Source of the DNA: Bordetella parapertussis
GTDB lineage: Bacteria > Pseudomonadota > Gammaproteobacteria > Burkholderiales > SG8-41
DNA: 64,000 nucleotides
Direction of reading: 5' to 3'
Assembly: GCA_945864585.1 (NCBI GenBank)
Contig: CAMBCF010000004.1
Coordinates: 762 to 64,761, forward strand
Part shown: in pieces, positions 37,277 to 52,972 of the stretch
How the letters are laid out: every line of letters starts with the position of its first letter
How positions within the stretch are numbered: position 1 is the first letter of the stretch
The notes under the pieces: model-generated
The model's input: the letters and a program-made list of their open reading frames with translations, nothing else
Database searches by the model: none
What the model was told of the DNA's origin: nothing
Position numbers and translations under genes: made by a program

Positions 37277-38518
37277 TTATGACGGGACGCTCGCGCCGCT
37301 GCTTGCCGCTACACTGGCAAAACCAGAGTGCCCGCGCCACGCCCATGCCCGCTCGCGTGCTTCGTGATCCAGGCCCAGCACGTCATCCAGTCCCGTGGCA
37401 AGCGGGGCCGGTGTCGCGCTCAAAACAGACTCAACCAGCCGCGGGATATCCGCGTATTTCAACGCGTGTTGCAGAAACCGCTCGACCGCCACTTCGTTGG
37501 CCGCGTTGAGGACTGTCGCCGCACCGTTGGCGGCGCGTAAGGCCTCAAACGCCAGTGTCAGGCAGGGAAAGCGTTGCAGCTCCGGTTTTTCGAAATGTAA
37601 TGCGCCGATGGCCGCCAGATCCAGAAAATTCACGCCATTGCTGATGCGCTCCGGGTAGGCCAGCGCATGCGCGATGGGCGTGCGCATATCCGGGTTGCCC
37701 AACTGCGCGATCACCGAACCATCCACATATTCCACCATCGAATGCACAATGCTTTCGGGATGCACCAGCACTTCGATGTGCTGCGGCGGCAGACTGAACA
37801 GCCAGTACGCTTCAATCACCTCGAGGCCCTTGTTCATCATGGTGGCTGAATCCACCGAAATCTTGCGTCCCATCACCCAATTGGGGTGCGCACAGGCCTG
37901 ATCCGGTGTGACCTGCGAAAATTGATCCAGCGGCAGGGTACGAAACGGCCCGCCGGAGGCTGTGAGCAAAACGCGGCGCACGCCGGCGCTATCCAGATCA
38001 CCGCTGTACCCGGCCGGCAATGCCTGGAACACGGCGTTATGTTCACTGTCGATGGGCAGCAAAGTGGCGTGATTGCGCCGCACCGTATCCATGAACAGCG
38101 CACCGGCAGTTACCAATGACTCTTTGTTGGCGAGCAGCACCTTTTTGCCGCTGCCCGCCGCTGCCAGCGTCGGCCGCAGTCCGGCGATACCCACGATGGC
38201 CGCCATCACCGCATCAACTTGCGGCAGACTGGCGACGGTTTCCAGCGCTTCCACGCCACACAACACGCGTGTGCTTATTCCCGCTTCGATGACACGCTGC
38301 TCGAAATCGCGTGCGGCATCCACATCCACCACCACCGCAAATTCCGGCAAAAACTGTTTGCATTGTTGCAGCAGCACCTCGGTGCGCGATTTCGCTGTCA
38401 GCGCCACCACGCGAAAGCGTTGCGGATGGCGCGCCACCACGTCGAGCGTGTTGACGCCGACGCTGCCGGTGGAGCCAAGTATGGTGAGATGCTGCAGGTG
38501 CGGGGCGGTCAGCATCAA
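37277..38518 (-). CDS. dxr: 1-deoxy-D-xylulose-5-phosphate reductoisomerase
   Basis: N-terminal ILGSTGSVG NADPH fold; 413 aa. Confidence 0.95.
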   Translation of the reverse strand: MMLTAPHLQHLTILGSTGSVGVNTLDVVARHPQRFRVVALTAKSRTEVLLQQCKQFLPEFAVVVDVDAARDFEQRVIEAGISTRVLCGVEALETVASLPQVDAVMAAIVGIAGLRPTLAAAGSGKKVLLANKESLVTAGALFMDTVRRNHATLLPIDSEHNAVFQALPAGYSGDLDSAGVRRVLLTASGGPFRTLPLDQFSQVTPDQACAHPNWVMGRKISVDSATMMNKGLEVIEAYWLFSLPPQHIEVLVHPESIVHSMVEYVDGSVIAQLGNPDMRTPIAHALAYPERISNGVNFLDLAAIGALHFEKPELQRFPCLTLAFEALRAANGAATVLNAANEVAVERFLQHALKYADIPRLVESVLSATPAPLATGLDDVLGLDHEARERAWAWRGHSGFASVAASSGASVPS

Positions 38519-39327
38519 CCCACCACCAGCACCAACAGCGTCGCCGCGGGTATGCCCGCGGTCAACGCATCAATGCGATCCATTACGCCACCGTGACCGG
38601 GGAATAGTGTTCCACTGTCTTTAACGCCCGCCGTGCGCTTGATCCACGATTCGAACAAATCGCCCTCGATGCCCAGCACCGTGATGAATAAATAAACAGC
38701 GAACCCTGTAATGCCTTGCAACACCGCGAGCCGATCTATACCGGCCACACTGGTCAGCCAATAATACCCGCTGACGGCCACCAGTGCGCCGAACACACCT
38801 TCCCAGGTTTTGCCTGGACTAACGCTGGGCGCCAGTTTACGCCGGCCCCACTGGCGGCCGCAGAAATACGCCGCAGTATCGGAAATCCATACGATAGCCA
38901 TCAGCAGCAGCAATAAGACGGGATTAGGGTGCCACCATACCAGCGCGGACCACAGCGGCAGCAATAACAGCGCCCCCGCCACCGCCAGCGCTATGGGGGA
39001 GCTTACGCGCCAACCGCGTGCGAGCCACAGCGGCGCCACCAGCAGCCAGAACAGCAGCGAAACACCAAACGCAGTCACCAGTACCCACTGCGCCTCCGGC
39101 GCAGAGCCGTGCCCAAAGTGCCACAGCAGTACCCCGCCCACAGCAATCGCACCCACGTACCCGATGCGCGCCCTGGCGCCCCATCCTGCCAGTGCCCCCC
39201 ACTCCCACGCGCCAATTAACGCCAGCGGCGCCACACACAATGCCCATCCCGCCCGCGGCAGGTAAAACAACGCCGCGGCAAATAGCGGCAGCAGGACGAC
39301 AACGGTGAGAACGCGCGTTTTGAGCAT
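38515..39327 (-). CDS. cdsA: phosphatidate cytidylyltransferase
   Basis: The signature SDTAAYFCGRQWGRRKLAPSVSPGKTWEG is present. Confidence 0.93.
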   Translation of the reverse strand: MLKTRVLTVVVLLPLFAAALFYLPRAGWALCVAPLALIGAWEWGALAGWGARARIGYVGAIAVGGVLLWHFGHGSAPEAQWVLVTAFGVSLLFWLLVAPLWLARGWRVSSPIALAVAGALLLLPLWSALVWWHPNPVLLLLLMAIVWISDTAAYFCGRQWGRRKLAPSVSPGKTWEGVFGALVAVSGYYWLTSVAGIDRLAVLQGITGFAVYLFITVLGIEGDLFESWIKRTAGVKDSGTLFPGHGGVMDRIDALTAGIPAATLLVLVVG

Positions 39328-39366
39328 TCACCGCAGTCGCTGCACGCTCATAACGAGAGGCGAAAG

Positions 39367-40164
39367 TCAGCCGCCGGCCACACCGCGTTGCGGCGTGTCC
39401 AACTGCAATTGTTCGCTGGTGCGTCCGTAGCGCCGTTCACGCTGTTGATACGATGCGATCGCCGTATCCAGCGCAGCCGCATCAAAATCCGGCCACAGCA
39501 TATCGGTGAAATAAAATTCAGTGTACGCCAGCTGCCACAACAGAAAATTACTGACGCGCTTTTCACCGCCGGTGCGGATGAATAAGTCGGGCTCCGGCGC
39601 ATCGTGCATCGATAAATAAGGCGCGAGATCGCTTTCGGCGTAATTTCCGGCGCGCACGGGATGCTCGCGCGTCATACGGTTCAGCGCCTGCAGGATATCC
39701 CAGCGTCCTCCGTAGTTCGCGGCAATGGTTAATGTCAGCCCGTTATTCTGCCGGGTTGTTGCTTCTGCCTGTTCAACCAGTTGCACCAGCTTCGGATCAA
39801 ATTGCGAAAGGTCGCCAATCACGCGCAAACGAATATGGTTGTGATGCAGCTTGGCCACTTCAACTTCGAGCACATGCACAAAAAGCTGCATCAGGAATTT
39901 GACTTCTTCCTTGGGCCGCCGCCAGTTTTCACTGCTGAACGCGAACATCGTCAGATGCTCAACACCACACGCAACGCAAGCACGCACCGCGCCGCGCACC
40001 GCTTCAACGCCGCGTTTGTGACCCGCGACACGCGGCAGAAAACGTTGTTTGGCCCAGCGTCCATTGCCATCCATGATGATGGCGACGTGGCGCGGAATTG
40101 CCCGCGCGTCGGGAACGGCTTGCGTGGAACTGGGCGCGGAAGGCACGGCGGGCACGGCGCTCAA
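39367..40164 (-). CDS. uppS: di-trans,poly-cis-undecaprenyl-diphosphate synthase
   Basis: Contains [13 protein letters not shown] and the C-terminal ERRYG. Confidence 0.95.
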   Translation of the reverse strand: MSAVPAVPSAPSSTQAVPDARAIPRHVAIIMDGNGRWAKQRFLPRVAGHKRGVEAVRGAVRACVACGVEHLTMFAFSSENWRRPKEEVKFLMQLFVHVLEVEVAKLHHNHIRLRVIGDLSQFDPKLVQLVEQAEATTRQNNGLTLTIAANYGGRWDILQALNRMTREHPVRAGNYAESDLAPYLSMHDAPEPDLFIRTGGEKRVSNFLLWQLAYTEFYFTDMLWPDFDAAALDTAIASYQQRERRYGRTSEQLQLDTPQRGVAGG

Positions 40165-40721
40165 ACCGCCATCAATTCGGCTTCCTTGGCCTGCAATGCC
40201 TTGTCAATCTCGGCAATGTGGCGGTCGGTAAGCTTTTGAATGTCGTCCTGTGCACGGCGCTCGTCGTCTTCGGCCACGGATTTTTTCTTGAGTAATTCTT
40301 TCAGGTGCGTGTTGGCGTCGCGCCGCACATTGCGCACGGCCACCTTCGCGTTTTCACCTTCACCTTTGACGATTTTGGTGAGATCGCGCCGGCGCTCTTC
40401 GGTCAGCGAGGGCATCGGCACGCGCACAATATCGCTGGTGGTGCTCGGATTCAGGCCCAAATCCGCATCACGTATCGCTTTTTCGATAACGCTGGCCATT
40501 TTTTTTTCCCACGGCGTCACACCCAGCGTGCGCGCATCGATCAGCGCCACGTTCGCCACCCCGGGTATCGCCGTCGGCGTGCCGTAATAATCTACCATCA
40601 CGTGATCGAGTATGCCGGCGTGCGCGCGGCCGGTGCGTACTTTCGCCAGATCCATTTTCAGCGATTCCAGCGACTTTTTCATTTTCTGTTCGGCAGTTTT
40701 CTTGATATCGGCGATCATCAT
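40161..40721 (-). CDS. frr: ribosome recycling factor
   Basis: 186 aa, in the conserved pyrH-frr order. Confidence 0.95.
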   Translation of the reverse strand: MMIADIKKTAEQKMKKSLESLKMDLAKVRTGRAHAGILDHVMVDYYGTPTAIPGVANVALIDARTLGVTPWEKKMASVIEKAIRDADLGLNPSTTSDIVRVPMPSLTEERRRDLTKIVKGEGENAKVAVRNVRRDANTHLKELLKKKSVAEDDERRAQDDIQKLTDRHIAEIDKALQAKEAELMAV

Positions 40722-40759
40722 TTTCTCCGCTGAGGCAACTCACCCGGTCACTTGGCCGC

Positions 40760-41485
40760 TCACGCTACAACCATAGTGCCTTCGTCCGCGCCTGTCACCA
40801 CCCGCTTCAGGGCGCCTGCTTCAAAGATGCTGAAAACATTGATCGGCAACCGCTGATCGCGGCACAAGGTGAGCGCCGTGGCATCCATTACTTTCAGATT
40901 CTTGTTAATCGCTTCGTCGAAAGTTAATTTCTTATAACGCACCGCGGTGGCATCCGTTTTGGGGTCAGCGCTGTACACACCATCCACTTTGGTGGCTTTC
41001 AACACCAGTTCCGCGTTCATCTCCATGCCGCGCAGCGCCGCTGCGGTATCGGTGGTGAAGAATGGATTACCGGTGCCCGCAGCAAAAATCACGATCTTGC
41101 CCTCTTCAAGGTAGCGCATCGCCTTGCCGCGTATGTACGGTTCAACCACTGCCTCCACATTCAGCGCCGACTGCACACGGGCGCTAATGTTCATCCGGCG
41201 CATCGCATCCTGCAACGCCAGCGCGTTCATGATCGTCGCCAGCATACCCATGTAATCCGCGGTGGCGCGATCCATATGCGCCGCCGCCGGTGCGACGCCG
41301 CGGAAAATGTTACCGCCGCCGATCACCACTGCGATCTCCACACCAAGCTTTGCCACATCACCAATTTCTCCGACGATACGCTCAATCACGTCCTGATTGA
41401 TGCCATAACTATCGTCGCCCATCAACGCTTCGCCGCTTAGTTTAACCAGTATGCGTTTGAAAATGGGCTTGTCGGACATTGGCAT
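40760..41485 (-). CDS. pyrH: UMP kinase
   Basis: Begins [12 protein letters not shown]; 241 aa. Confidence 0.95.
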   Translation of the reverse strand: MPMSDKPIFKRILVKLSGEALMGDDSYGINQDVIERIVGEIGDVAKLGVEIAVVIGGGNIFRGVAPAAAHMDRATADYMGMLATIMNALALQDAMRRMNISARVQSALNVEAVVEPYIRGKAMRYLEEGKIVIFAAGTGNPFFTTDTAAALRGMEMNAELVLKATKVDGVYSADPKTDATAVRYKKLTFDEAINKNLKVMDATALTLCRDQRLPINVFSIFEAGALKRVVTGADEGTMVVA

Positions 41486-41524
41486 AGATCCTTAAGTTAT
41501 TGTTTTAAAAGTTCTTTTTAAATA

Positions 41525-42442
41525 TTACCGCAGACCGCCTTTGCCGTCCTCGCCGCTCTTTTGGGCTTGCGCTACCGCTTTCTTGACTTCGTCCGCGAAA
41601 TCATCCTTCTTTTTCTCCATCCCCTCGCCCACCAGGTAAAGCTTGAAGGATGCCACGCTTGCGTGGTTCGCTTTCAGCAACTGCTCCACGGTCTGCTTGT
41701 CGTTTTTGACGAACGGCTGGCCCAGCAGCGTGACCTCTTTCAGGTATTTTTGCACCGAGCCTTCGACCATTTTCGCCACGATATCGGCGGGCTTGCCCGA
41801 TTCCGCGGCTTTTGCCGTTGCGATATCGCGCTCCTTTTGAATCAGTTCCGCGGGCACTTCTTCCTTGGCCAGCGATAGCGGCCTGCTCGCCGCGATATGC
41901 ATCGCCAGATCCTTGCCCAGTGTTTCGCCACCGCCAGCGATGTCCAGCAGCACGCCGATTTTCGCGCCACCGTGAATATACGAATAGAGCTTGCCTTGCG
42001 CCGCGATGCGCACGAAGCGGCGGATACTCACGTTTTCGCCGATTTTGCCAACCAGCGCCTTGCGCGTTTCTTCAACCGAGGCGCCGTTTAAGGGCAGCGC
42101 CGACAACGCCGCGGCATCGGCAGGATTTTTATCCGCCACCAAGCCTGCGAGCGCACCGGCGAAAGCCAGGAAATCCGCGTTCTTCGCCACGAAGTCGGTC
42201 TCACAGTTGATTTCCAGTAGGGTGCCGAGTTTGCCGTCCGCTGCTATGTGTGTGGCAACGATACCTTCCGCCGCCACGCGCGACGCGGCTTTGGTCGCTT
42301 TATTGCCGAGCTTCACGCGCAGGATTTCCTCGGCCTTGCCCATGTCGCCGGCGGCTTCGCTCAGCGCTTTTTTACATTCCATCATCGGCGCGTCGGTCTT
42401 CTCGCGCAGTTGTTTGACCATGCCTGCGGTAATTTCCGCCAT
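41525..42442 (-). CDS. tsf: elongation factor Ts
   Basis: From the ATG at 42442 it reads [27 protein letters not shown]. There is a short charged C-terminal extension. Confidence 0.95.
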   Translation of the reverse strand: MAEITAGMVKQLREKTDAPMMECKKALSEAAGDMGKAEEILRVKLGNKATKAASRVAAEGIVATHIAADGKLGTLLEINCETDFVAKNADFLAFAGALAGLVADKNPADAAALSALPLNGASVEETRKALVGKIGENVSIRRFVRIAAQGKLYSYIHGGAKIGVLLDIAGGGETLGKDLAMHIAASRPLSLAKEEVPAELIQKERDIATAKAAESGKPADIVAKMVEGSVQKYLKEVTLLGQPFVKNDKQTVEQLLKANHASVASFKLYLVGEGMEKKKDDFADEVKKAVAQAQKSGEDGKGGLR

Positions 42443-42513
42443 TACAAACTCCACCACTTAAAAAAAGAGGCGTCCCTGTGTATGAGCCGCCCCGGGTTGA
42501 ATCGGATTGTGTG

Positions 42514-43254
42514 TTACTTGTCTTCTTCGACTTCGATGAATTCTTCGCCGGCGGGCGCCACAATTTGCTGCAGGCTGTCGTTGCGGCCCTCGAGAATCGC
42601 ATCCGCCATGCCGCGCGCGTAGAGGCGAATCGCGCGGCTGGAATCGTCATTGCCGGGAATCACATAGTCGACACCGATCGGCGTGTGATTGGTATCCACT
42701 ACAGCGATCACCGGGATGCCCAGTTTGTTGGCTTCCGCCACGGCATTTTTCTGGTAGCCCACATCGATCACGAACATGGCGTCGGGTAGACCGTCCATAT
42801 CCTTGATGCCGCCCAGACTGCGCTCGAGCTTGGTTAGCTCGCGCTGGAACAGCAAGCCTTCTTTCTTGATCAGTTTTTCAACCGAACCATCGGCCACCAT
42901 CGCCCGCATATCATGCAGGCGCTTGATCGATTGCTTGACCGTTTTATAGTTGGTCAGCATGCCGCCGAGCCAGCGCTCATCCACAAACGGCGTCGCGCAA
43001 CGCAGCGCTTCTTCGCGGATGATTTCGCGCGCCTGGCGTTTGGTGGCGACGAACAGCACGGTGCCGCGGTTGGCCGTCAACTGGCGCACGAATTTAATCG
43101 CCGCTTGATACATTTCAAGCGTTTTTTCGAGATTGACGATGTGTATCTTGTTGCGATGGCCGAAAATATACGGGGCCATCCGCGGGTTCCAGAAACGGGT
43201 TTGGTGCCCGAAATGGACGCCGCACTCCAGCATTTCACGCATGGTGACTGACAT
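42514..43254 (-). CDS. rpsB: 30S ribosomal protein S2
   Basis: From the ATG at 43254 it reads [26 protein letters not shown]. Confidence 0.95.
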   Translation of the reverse strand: MSVTMREMLECGVHFGHQTRFWNPRMAPYIFGHRNKIHIVNLEKTLEMYQAAIKFVRQLTANRGTVLFVATKRQAREIIREEALRCATPFVDERWLGGMLTNYKTVKQSIKRLHDMRAMVADGSVEKLIKKEGLLFQRELTKLERSLGGIKDMDGLPDAMFVIDVGYQKNAVAEANKLGIPVIAVVDTNHTPIGVDYVIPGNDDSSRAIRLYARGMADAILEGRNDSLQQIVAPAGEEFIEVEEDK

Positions 43255-43617
43255 GATACTTCTCCTGTTTGGGTTGAGCCTCCATCCGCCAATATCCCCA
43301 AAATTCCTTAGGGACACCCAAATGCAAACCTGCGGGGCGGATGTGCGTATTTTTAACTCACCGGTTTGCCAATGACCACCACTGACAATCCCGGATTGAG
43401 CTAACCCGTTATTTTAGCACGAAAATTTGCCGCCCCTCAAGCAGTCATTCACTCGAAAGTTTATCTCCACGCCATTAATAGCGTTTAAAAACAGAAAGTT
43501 AGTCACTTCCATTTGGATTTTCTTCACTTATCTCCCGGCGCCAAATTCGATTCAGCGCATTCTGAAATACAATACCCGCCTTCGACTAGACTCATCTTGC
43601 GCTCGCACGAACACCGC

Positions 43618-44415
43618 ATGCCCATCGAAATCAAAACCGCCGAAGACATCGAAAAGATGCGCATCGCGGGCAAACTCGCCGCCGAAGTGCTCGATTTCAT
43701 CGCCCCCTTTGTAACCGCTGGCCGCACCACCAACGAAATCGACCAGCTGTGTCACGATTACATTGTGAACCAGCAAAAGACCATACCTGCGCCGCTTAAC
43801 TATTGCCCGCCTGGCTATTCGCCATATCCGAAGTCGATCTGCACTTCCGTCAACCATGTCATCTGTCACGGCATTCCCGGCGAAAAAAAGCTGAAAAACG
43901 GCGACATCGTCAATATCGACATCACCGTGATTAAAGACGGCTACCACGGCGACACCAGCCGCATGTTTTACGTCGGGGCGCCGTCAATACAAGCCAGACG
44001 ACTGTGCGAAATCACCTACCAATGCATGTGGCGCGGCATCCGCGCGGTGGCGCCCGGCGCGCGTCTGGGTGACGTGGGACATGCCATACAAAGTTATGCG
44101 GAAGGCAACGGCTTTAGCGTGGTGCGCGAGTTCTGCGGCCACGGCATCGGCAAAAAATTTCACGAAGAACCGCAGGTAGTGCATTACGGACGTCCCGGCA
44201 CCGGCGTGCCGCTCAGCGCCGGCATGACGTTTACCGTGGAGCCGATGATTAACGCGGGCCGTGCCGACATCCGTGGCCTTGCCGATGGCTGGACCATAGT
44301 CACCAAAGATCACAGCCTTTCAGCACAATGGGAGCACACCGTGCTGGTCACCGATAGCGGTTTTGAAGTGCTCACCGTTTCACCCGGCATGCCCGCCGAA
44401 CCCGCGGCGGCCTGA
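43618..44415 (+). CDS. map: type I methionine aminopeptidase
   Basis: From the ATG at 43618 it reads MPIEIKTAEDIEKMRIAGKLAAEVL. Metal-ligand context is DIVNIDITV, FCGHGIG and EHTVLVT. Confidence 0.95.
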   Translation: MPIEIKTAEDIEKMRIAGKLAAEVLDFIAPFVTAGRTTNEIDQLCHDYIVNQQKTIPAPLNYCPPGYSPYPKSICTSVNHVICHGIPGEKKLKNGDIVNIDITVIKDGYHGDTSRMFYVGAPSIQARRLCEITYQCMWRGIRAVAPGARLGDVGHAIQSYAEGNGFSVVREFCGHGIGKKFHEEPQVVHYGRPGTGVPLSAGMTFTVEPMINAGRADIRGLADGWTIVTKDHSLSAQWEHTVLVTDSGFEVLTVSPGMPAEPAAA

Positions 44416-44419
44416 CACC

Positions 44420-47016
44420 ATGTCGGGCTCTGCGCCGGCTTTAGCCCAGACCTGCGCGCCGTCAGCCACGGAAAACTACCGGCAGCTGCTGGCAGCCGGT
44501 CGCGCCAGTCTGCGCGCGGCGTTCGAGGCCACACCCGCGGCAGCGGATCTGTTTCGCCAGCATTGCGCACTGATTGATGCGCTGTTGCGCCGCATCTGGC
44601 AAGCACACGAACTTCCCGCAGGACTGGCGTTGGTCGCTGTGGGCGGCTACGCGCGTGGACAACTTTTTCCGCACTCCGACATCGATCTGCTGATTTTGCT
44701 GGATGCCCCGGCAGACGACGCATTGCAGGAAAAACTGCAACGTCTGGTGGGCGCCTGGTGGGATGCCGGCCTCGACACCGGTCACAGCGTGCGCACGGTG
44801 GACGAATGCGTGGAAATCGCGCGGCAGGACATTACCGTGCAAACCAATATGCTGGAATCACGCTGGCTCGCGGGCGATCGCAAGCTCTACAAACAATTCG
44901 TCGAGGCCACCACGCGCGTGCTGGAGCCGCTGGCGTTCATGCAGGCCAAACGCCTGGAACAACGCCAGCGCCACACGCGCTTCGAGGAAACCAACCTCGA
45001 ACCCAATGTCAAGGAGCGGGCCGGCGGGTTACGCGATCTGCACCATATTCTGTGGATCGCGCGCGCTTCGGGCTACGGCAAGAGCTGGCGTGATCTGGTG
45101 CGCCGCGGTGTCATTACCGAGAGCGAATCACGCGCTATTCAGCGGCACGAACGCTTTCTTCAACTGCTGCGCATTCGTTTGCATTATTTGGCGGGCCGCC
45201 GTGAAGACCGCCTGATCTTCGATCTGCAGTCCGCGCTGGCGCAGCAATTTGGCCTGACCAACCGTGCGCACCGTCTCGCCAGCGAGCAATTAATGCAGCG
45301 TTATTATCAAAGCGCCAAAGCGGTCTCGCAAATCGACAACATCGTGCAGCAAAATCTGCGCTCACGTCTCACCGGTGCGCGCAATATCAAACTGCTGGCC
45401 CTCACCGAACAAACCGCTGAACGTTTCGGATTACGCAACGAAGTGCTCGCCATACGTCGCGATGATGTTTACGAAAAACATCCCGAAGCCATACTCGAGA
45501 CTTTTCTGCTGCTACAAAAACACCCTGAAATCAAAGGCATAGGCGCCAACACCTTGCGTGCGTTGTGGCGTGCCGGCAAGCTCATTGGTCCCGCTTACCG
45601 GCACGAACTGCGCCATCGCGCACAGTTTCTCGAAATCCTGCGCAGCCCCACGCGGGTGGTGCGCGAACTGCGCCGCATGAACCAGCTCGGCATCCTCGGC
45701 AGCTACCTGCCTGCATTCGGCAGGATCGTCGGGCAGATGCAACACGATCTGTATCACGTCTACACCGTGGATGAACACATTCTGCGTGTGATTCGCAATC
45801 TGCGCCGCTTCGCAGTGCCCGAACTCGCGTATGAATTCCCGCTGTGCAGCCGCCTGCTCTCCGAATTCGACAAACCCGAGGTGCTGTATCTCGCCGGACT
45901 GTTTCACGACATCGCCAAAGGCCGCGGCGGCGATCACTCCTTTCTCGGCAAGGCGGATGCGGCGCGCTTTTGTAAAGCGCATGGCTTGTCCGCCGCTGAC
46001 TGCGCGCTGGTGGTATGGCTGGTAGAACAGCACCTGATGATGTCGAGCACCGCGCAGAAGCAGGACTTGTCCGATCCCGAAGTCATTCAGGCCTTCGCGG
46101 CCAAGGTGGTCACGCAACGGAAACTGATCGCGCTCTATCTGCTGACCGTCGCCGACATCCGCGGCACCAGTCCCAAAGTCTGGAATGCCTGGAAAGGCAA
46201 GCTGCTCGAAGACCTGTTTTTGATTGCGCAGCGCCGGCTCGCCGGCAACGCGCCCACCATCGAAAACAGCCAGCGCGCGCGGCAGGACGAAGCGCGCGCC
46301 ACATTACGGCTTTACGCCATCGACGATGCCGCCATCGACAGCTTCTGGCGCAAATTCGACACCGCTTATTTTCTGCGTCACGACGCGCAGGAAATCGCCT
46401 GGCACACGCGCACGCTCTACTATCGCGCGCAGTCTCCGATTCCAGTAATCAAAGCGCGGCCGTCGCGCGCCGGCGAAGGGCTGCAAGTGATGGTTTATAC
46501 CGCGGACCAGCACGAGCTGTTCGCGCGCATATGCGGATTTTTCGAGGGCATGCGCTACAATATTCACGAAGCACGCATTTACACCGCGCACTATGGCTAT
46601 GCGCTCGACACTTTTCAGGTGCAGGATGCGGGCAGCGCCAGCGTCGACTACCGCGATCTTACCGCCTACATCGAACATGAGCTGGGCGAACGGCTGCGTC
46701 TCAAAGCACCATTGCCGGCGCTGACCACCGCGCGTCTCTCGCGCCAACTCCGGCATTTCCCCATATCACCCGAAGTCAACATTCAGAAAGACGAGCGCGG
46801 CGTCTATCACGTGCTGTCCATCATCGCTGGCGATCGGCCGGGATTGCTGTCACGCATTGCGCGCATATTTCTGGCTTATGGCATCAACCTGCACACCGCC
46901 AAAGTCAACACCCTCGGCGCGCGCGCCGAAGATACGTTTTTGATTACCGGCGACACGCTGAGCGACCCAAAACAAGTCGTGCGCATGCAAAACGAGTTGA
47001 TCGAAACGCTTAAAGT

Positions 47017-47020
<4 letters not shown>
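44420..47020 (+). CDS. glnD: [protein-PII] uridylyltransferase / uridylyl-removing enzyme
   Basis: Nucleotidyltransferase motif [19 protein letters not shown] domain and two C-terminal ACT domains. Start chosen at 44420. Confidence 0.93.
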
Positions 47021-48292
<1,272 letters not shown>

Positions 48293-49186
48293 CTACCGTG
48301 CTGCCTTGGCAGATTGGCGTTTCCACGCGCCGCGAACAACGTAGTTGCGAAACTCCGCGCCGATTTCCACGTGCGCCAGTGCATAAGCAAGATTCGCTTT
48401 TACATAACCCAACTTGCTGCCGCAATCGTAACGCACGCCTTCGAAAGGATAGGCGTAAGCCGCTTCCACACTGATGAGACTGGAAATCGCATCGGTCAAT
48501 TGCAACTCCCTGCCGGCCGCGGGACGCAGTGCCCGCAGATGATCGAAGATGCTGGGCAGAAGAATATAGCGGCCGACCACCCCCAAATTCGACGGTGCGT
48601 TTTCAGGCGCGGGTTTTTCAACGATCTGCGTAATTGCGGATAGTCTGGATGGGTTGCCTTTGACCTTGACGATGCCGTACTGGCGCGTCTGGTCATGCGG
48701 AACTTTCTCCACCGCGAGTATGGTGCGCCCGTGGTGGTTGAATTGCGTCACCATCTGCTTGAGCGCCGGCGTTTGCGCATCGATCAGATCATCGGCAAGC
48801 AACACGGCAAAAGGCTCATTACCCACCAGCGGCGCCGCGCACAACACCGCGTGCCCCAGCCCCAGCGGATTGACCTGCCGCACATAGCTGCACGACACAT
48901 TCGCGGGAAGAATGTTTCTGACCATCTTGAGCAGCTGCCGCTTTTGGCGCTGCTCGAGCGCTACTTCCAGCTCTATCGCACGGTCAAAGTGATCCTCGAT
49001 GGCGCGCTTGCCGCGCCCGGTGACAAATATCAATTCCGTTATGCCGGCGGCTATCGCCTCCTCGACTGCATACTGGATCAGCGGCTTGTCCACGATCGGC
49101 ATCATCTCTTTGGGGCTGGCCTTGGTCGCAGGCAAAAACCGCGTGCCCAGACCGGCTACCGGAAACACCGCTTTTCTGACTTTCAC
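48293..49186 (-). CDS. galU: UTP--glucose-1-phosphate uridylyltransferase
   Basis: The N-terminus carries [34 protein letters not shown]. Confidence 0.93.
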   Translation of the reverse strand: MKVRKAVFPVAGLGTRFLPATKASPKEMMPIVDKPLIQYAVEEAIAAGITELIFVTGRGKRAIEDHFDRAIELEVALEQRQKRQLLKMVRNILPANVSCSYVRQVNPLGLGHAVLCAAPLVGNEPFAVLLADDLIDAQTPALKQMVTQFNHHGRTILAVEKVPHDQTRQYGIVKVKGNPSRLSAITQIVEKPAPENAPSNLGVVGRYILLPSIFDHLRALRPAAGRELQLTDAISSLISVEAAYAYPFEGVRYDCGSKLGYVKANLAYALAHVEIGAEFRNYVVRGAWKRQSAKAAR

Positions 49187-49213
49187 GAAAATACTTTCCT
49201 GTAATTAATCACT

Positions 49214-49762
49214 TCAATCATTCAGTGCATAAACTGCCGGCAAATTGCGCCAGTAGCCATGCACATCCATGCCGAATCCGAACACATAGCGATTCGGTAA
49301 ATCCACGCCGAAAAAATCCGCGCTAACCGGCGTGGCGCGACCGGTATGCTTGCGCGCGAACACTGCTATCAGCACCCGCGCCGCGCCCTGTGCAAGCAGT
49401 TTGTCACGCAGCGCAGTCAGGGTCACGCCCTGGTCAAGGATATCATCGAGCAGCAACACCGTGCGCCCCGCCACGGGTGTTGCCGGCAGGTGCCGAAAAA
49501 TCAGTTCGCCGCCGCGCGTGGCATCGTGGTAGCGCGTCACGTCCAGCGTATCCAGTTCCAGCGGAAAATCCAGTTGCGGCAACAGTTGCCCCGCGAACAC
49601 CAGCCCGCCTCGCATCACGCACAGCACCAGCGGATGCGCATCGCTTAAAGCGAGCTTGAGTTCGGCCGCGATGCGTGCCACAGCCGCCGTCACCGCTGCT
49701 GCCGAACACACTTGCTGCGCCGACTGCAGCATCGCCCGGGCTTGCTCAGGCGTAGGTTTCAT
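49214..49762 (-). CDS. hpt: hypoxanthine/guanine phosphoribosyltransferase-family protein
   Basis: PRPP-binding motif VLLLDDILDQGVTL; 182 aa. Confidence 0.75.
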   Translation of the reverse strand: MKPTPEQARAMLQSAQQVCSAAAVTAAVARIAAELKLALSDAHPLVLCVMRGGLVFAGQLLPQLDFPLELDTLDVTRYHDATRGGELIFRHLPATPVAGRTVLLLDDILDQGVTLTALRDKLLAQGAARVLIAVFARKHTGRATPVSADFFGVDLPNRYVFGFGMDVHGYWRNLPAVYALND

Positions 49763-49804
49763 GGTAAATTTATCAATAAAAACAGATAGTTATGATGATG
49801 CAAG

Positions 49805-52953
<3,149 letters not shown>

Positions 52954-52972
52954 GGCGTGACCCTCGCGAGAA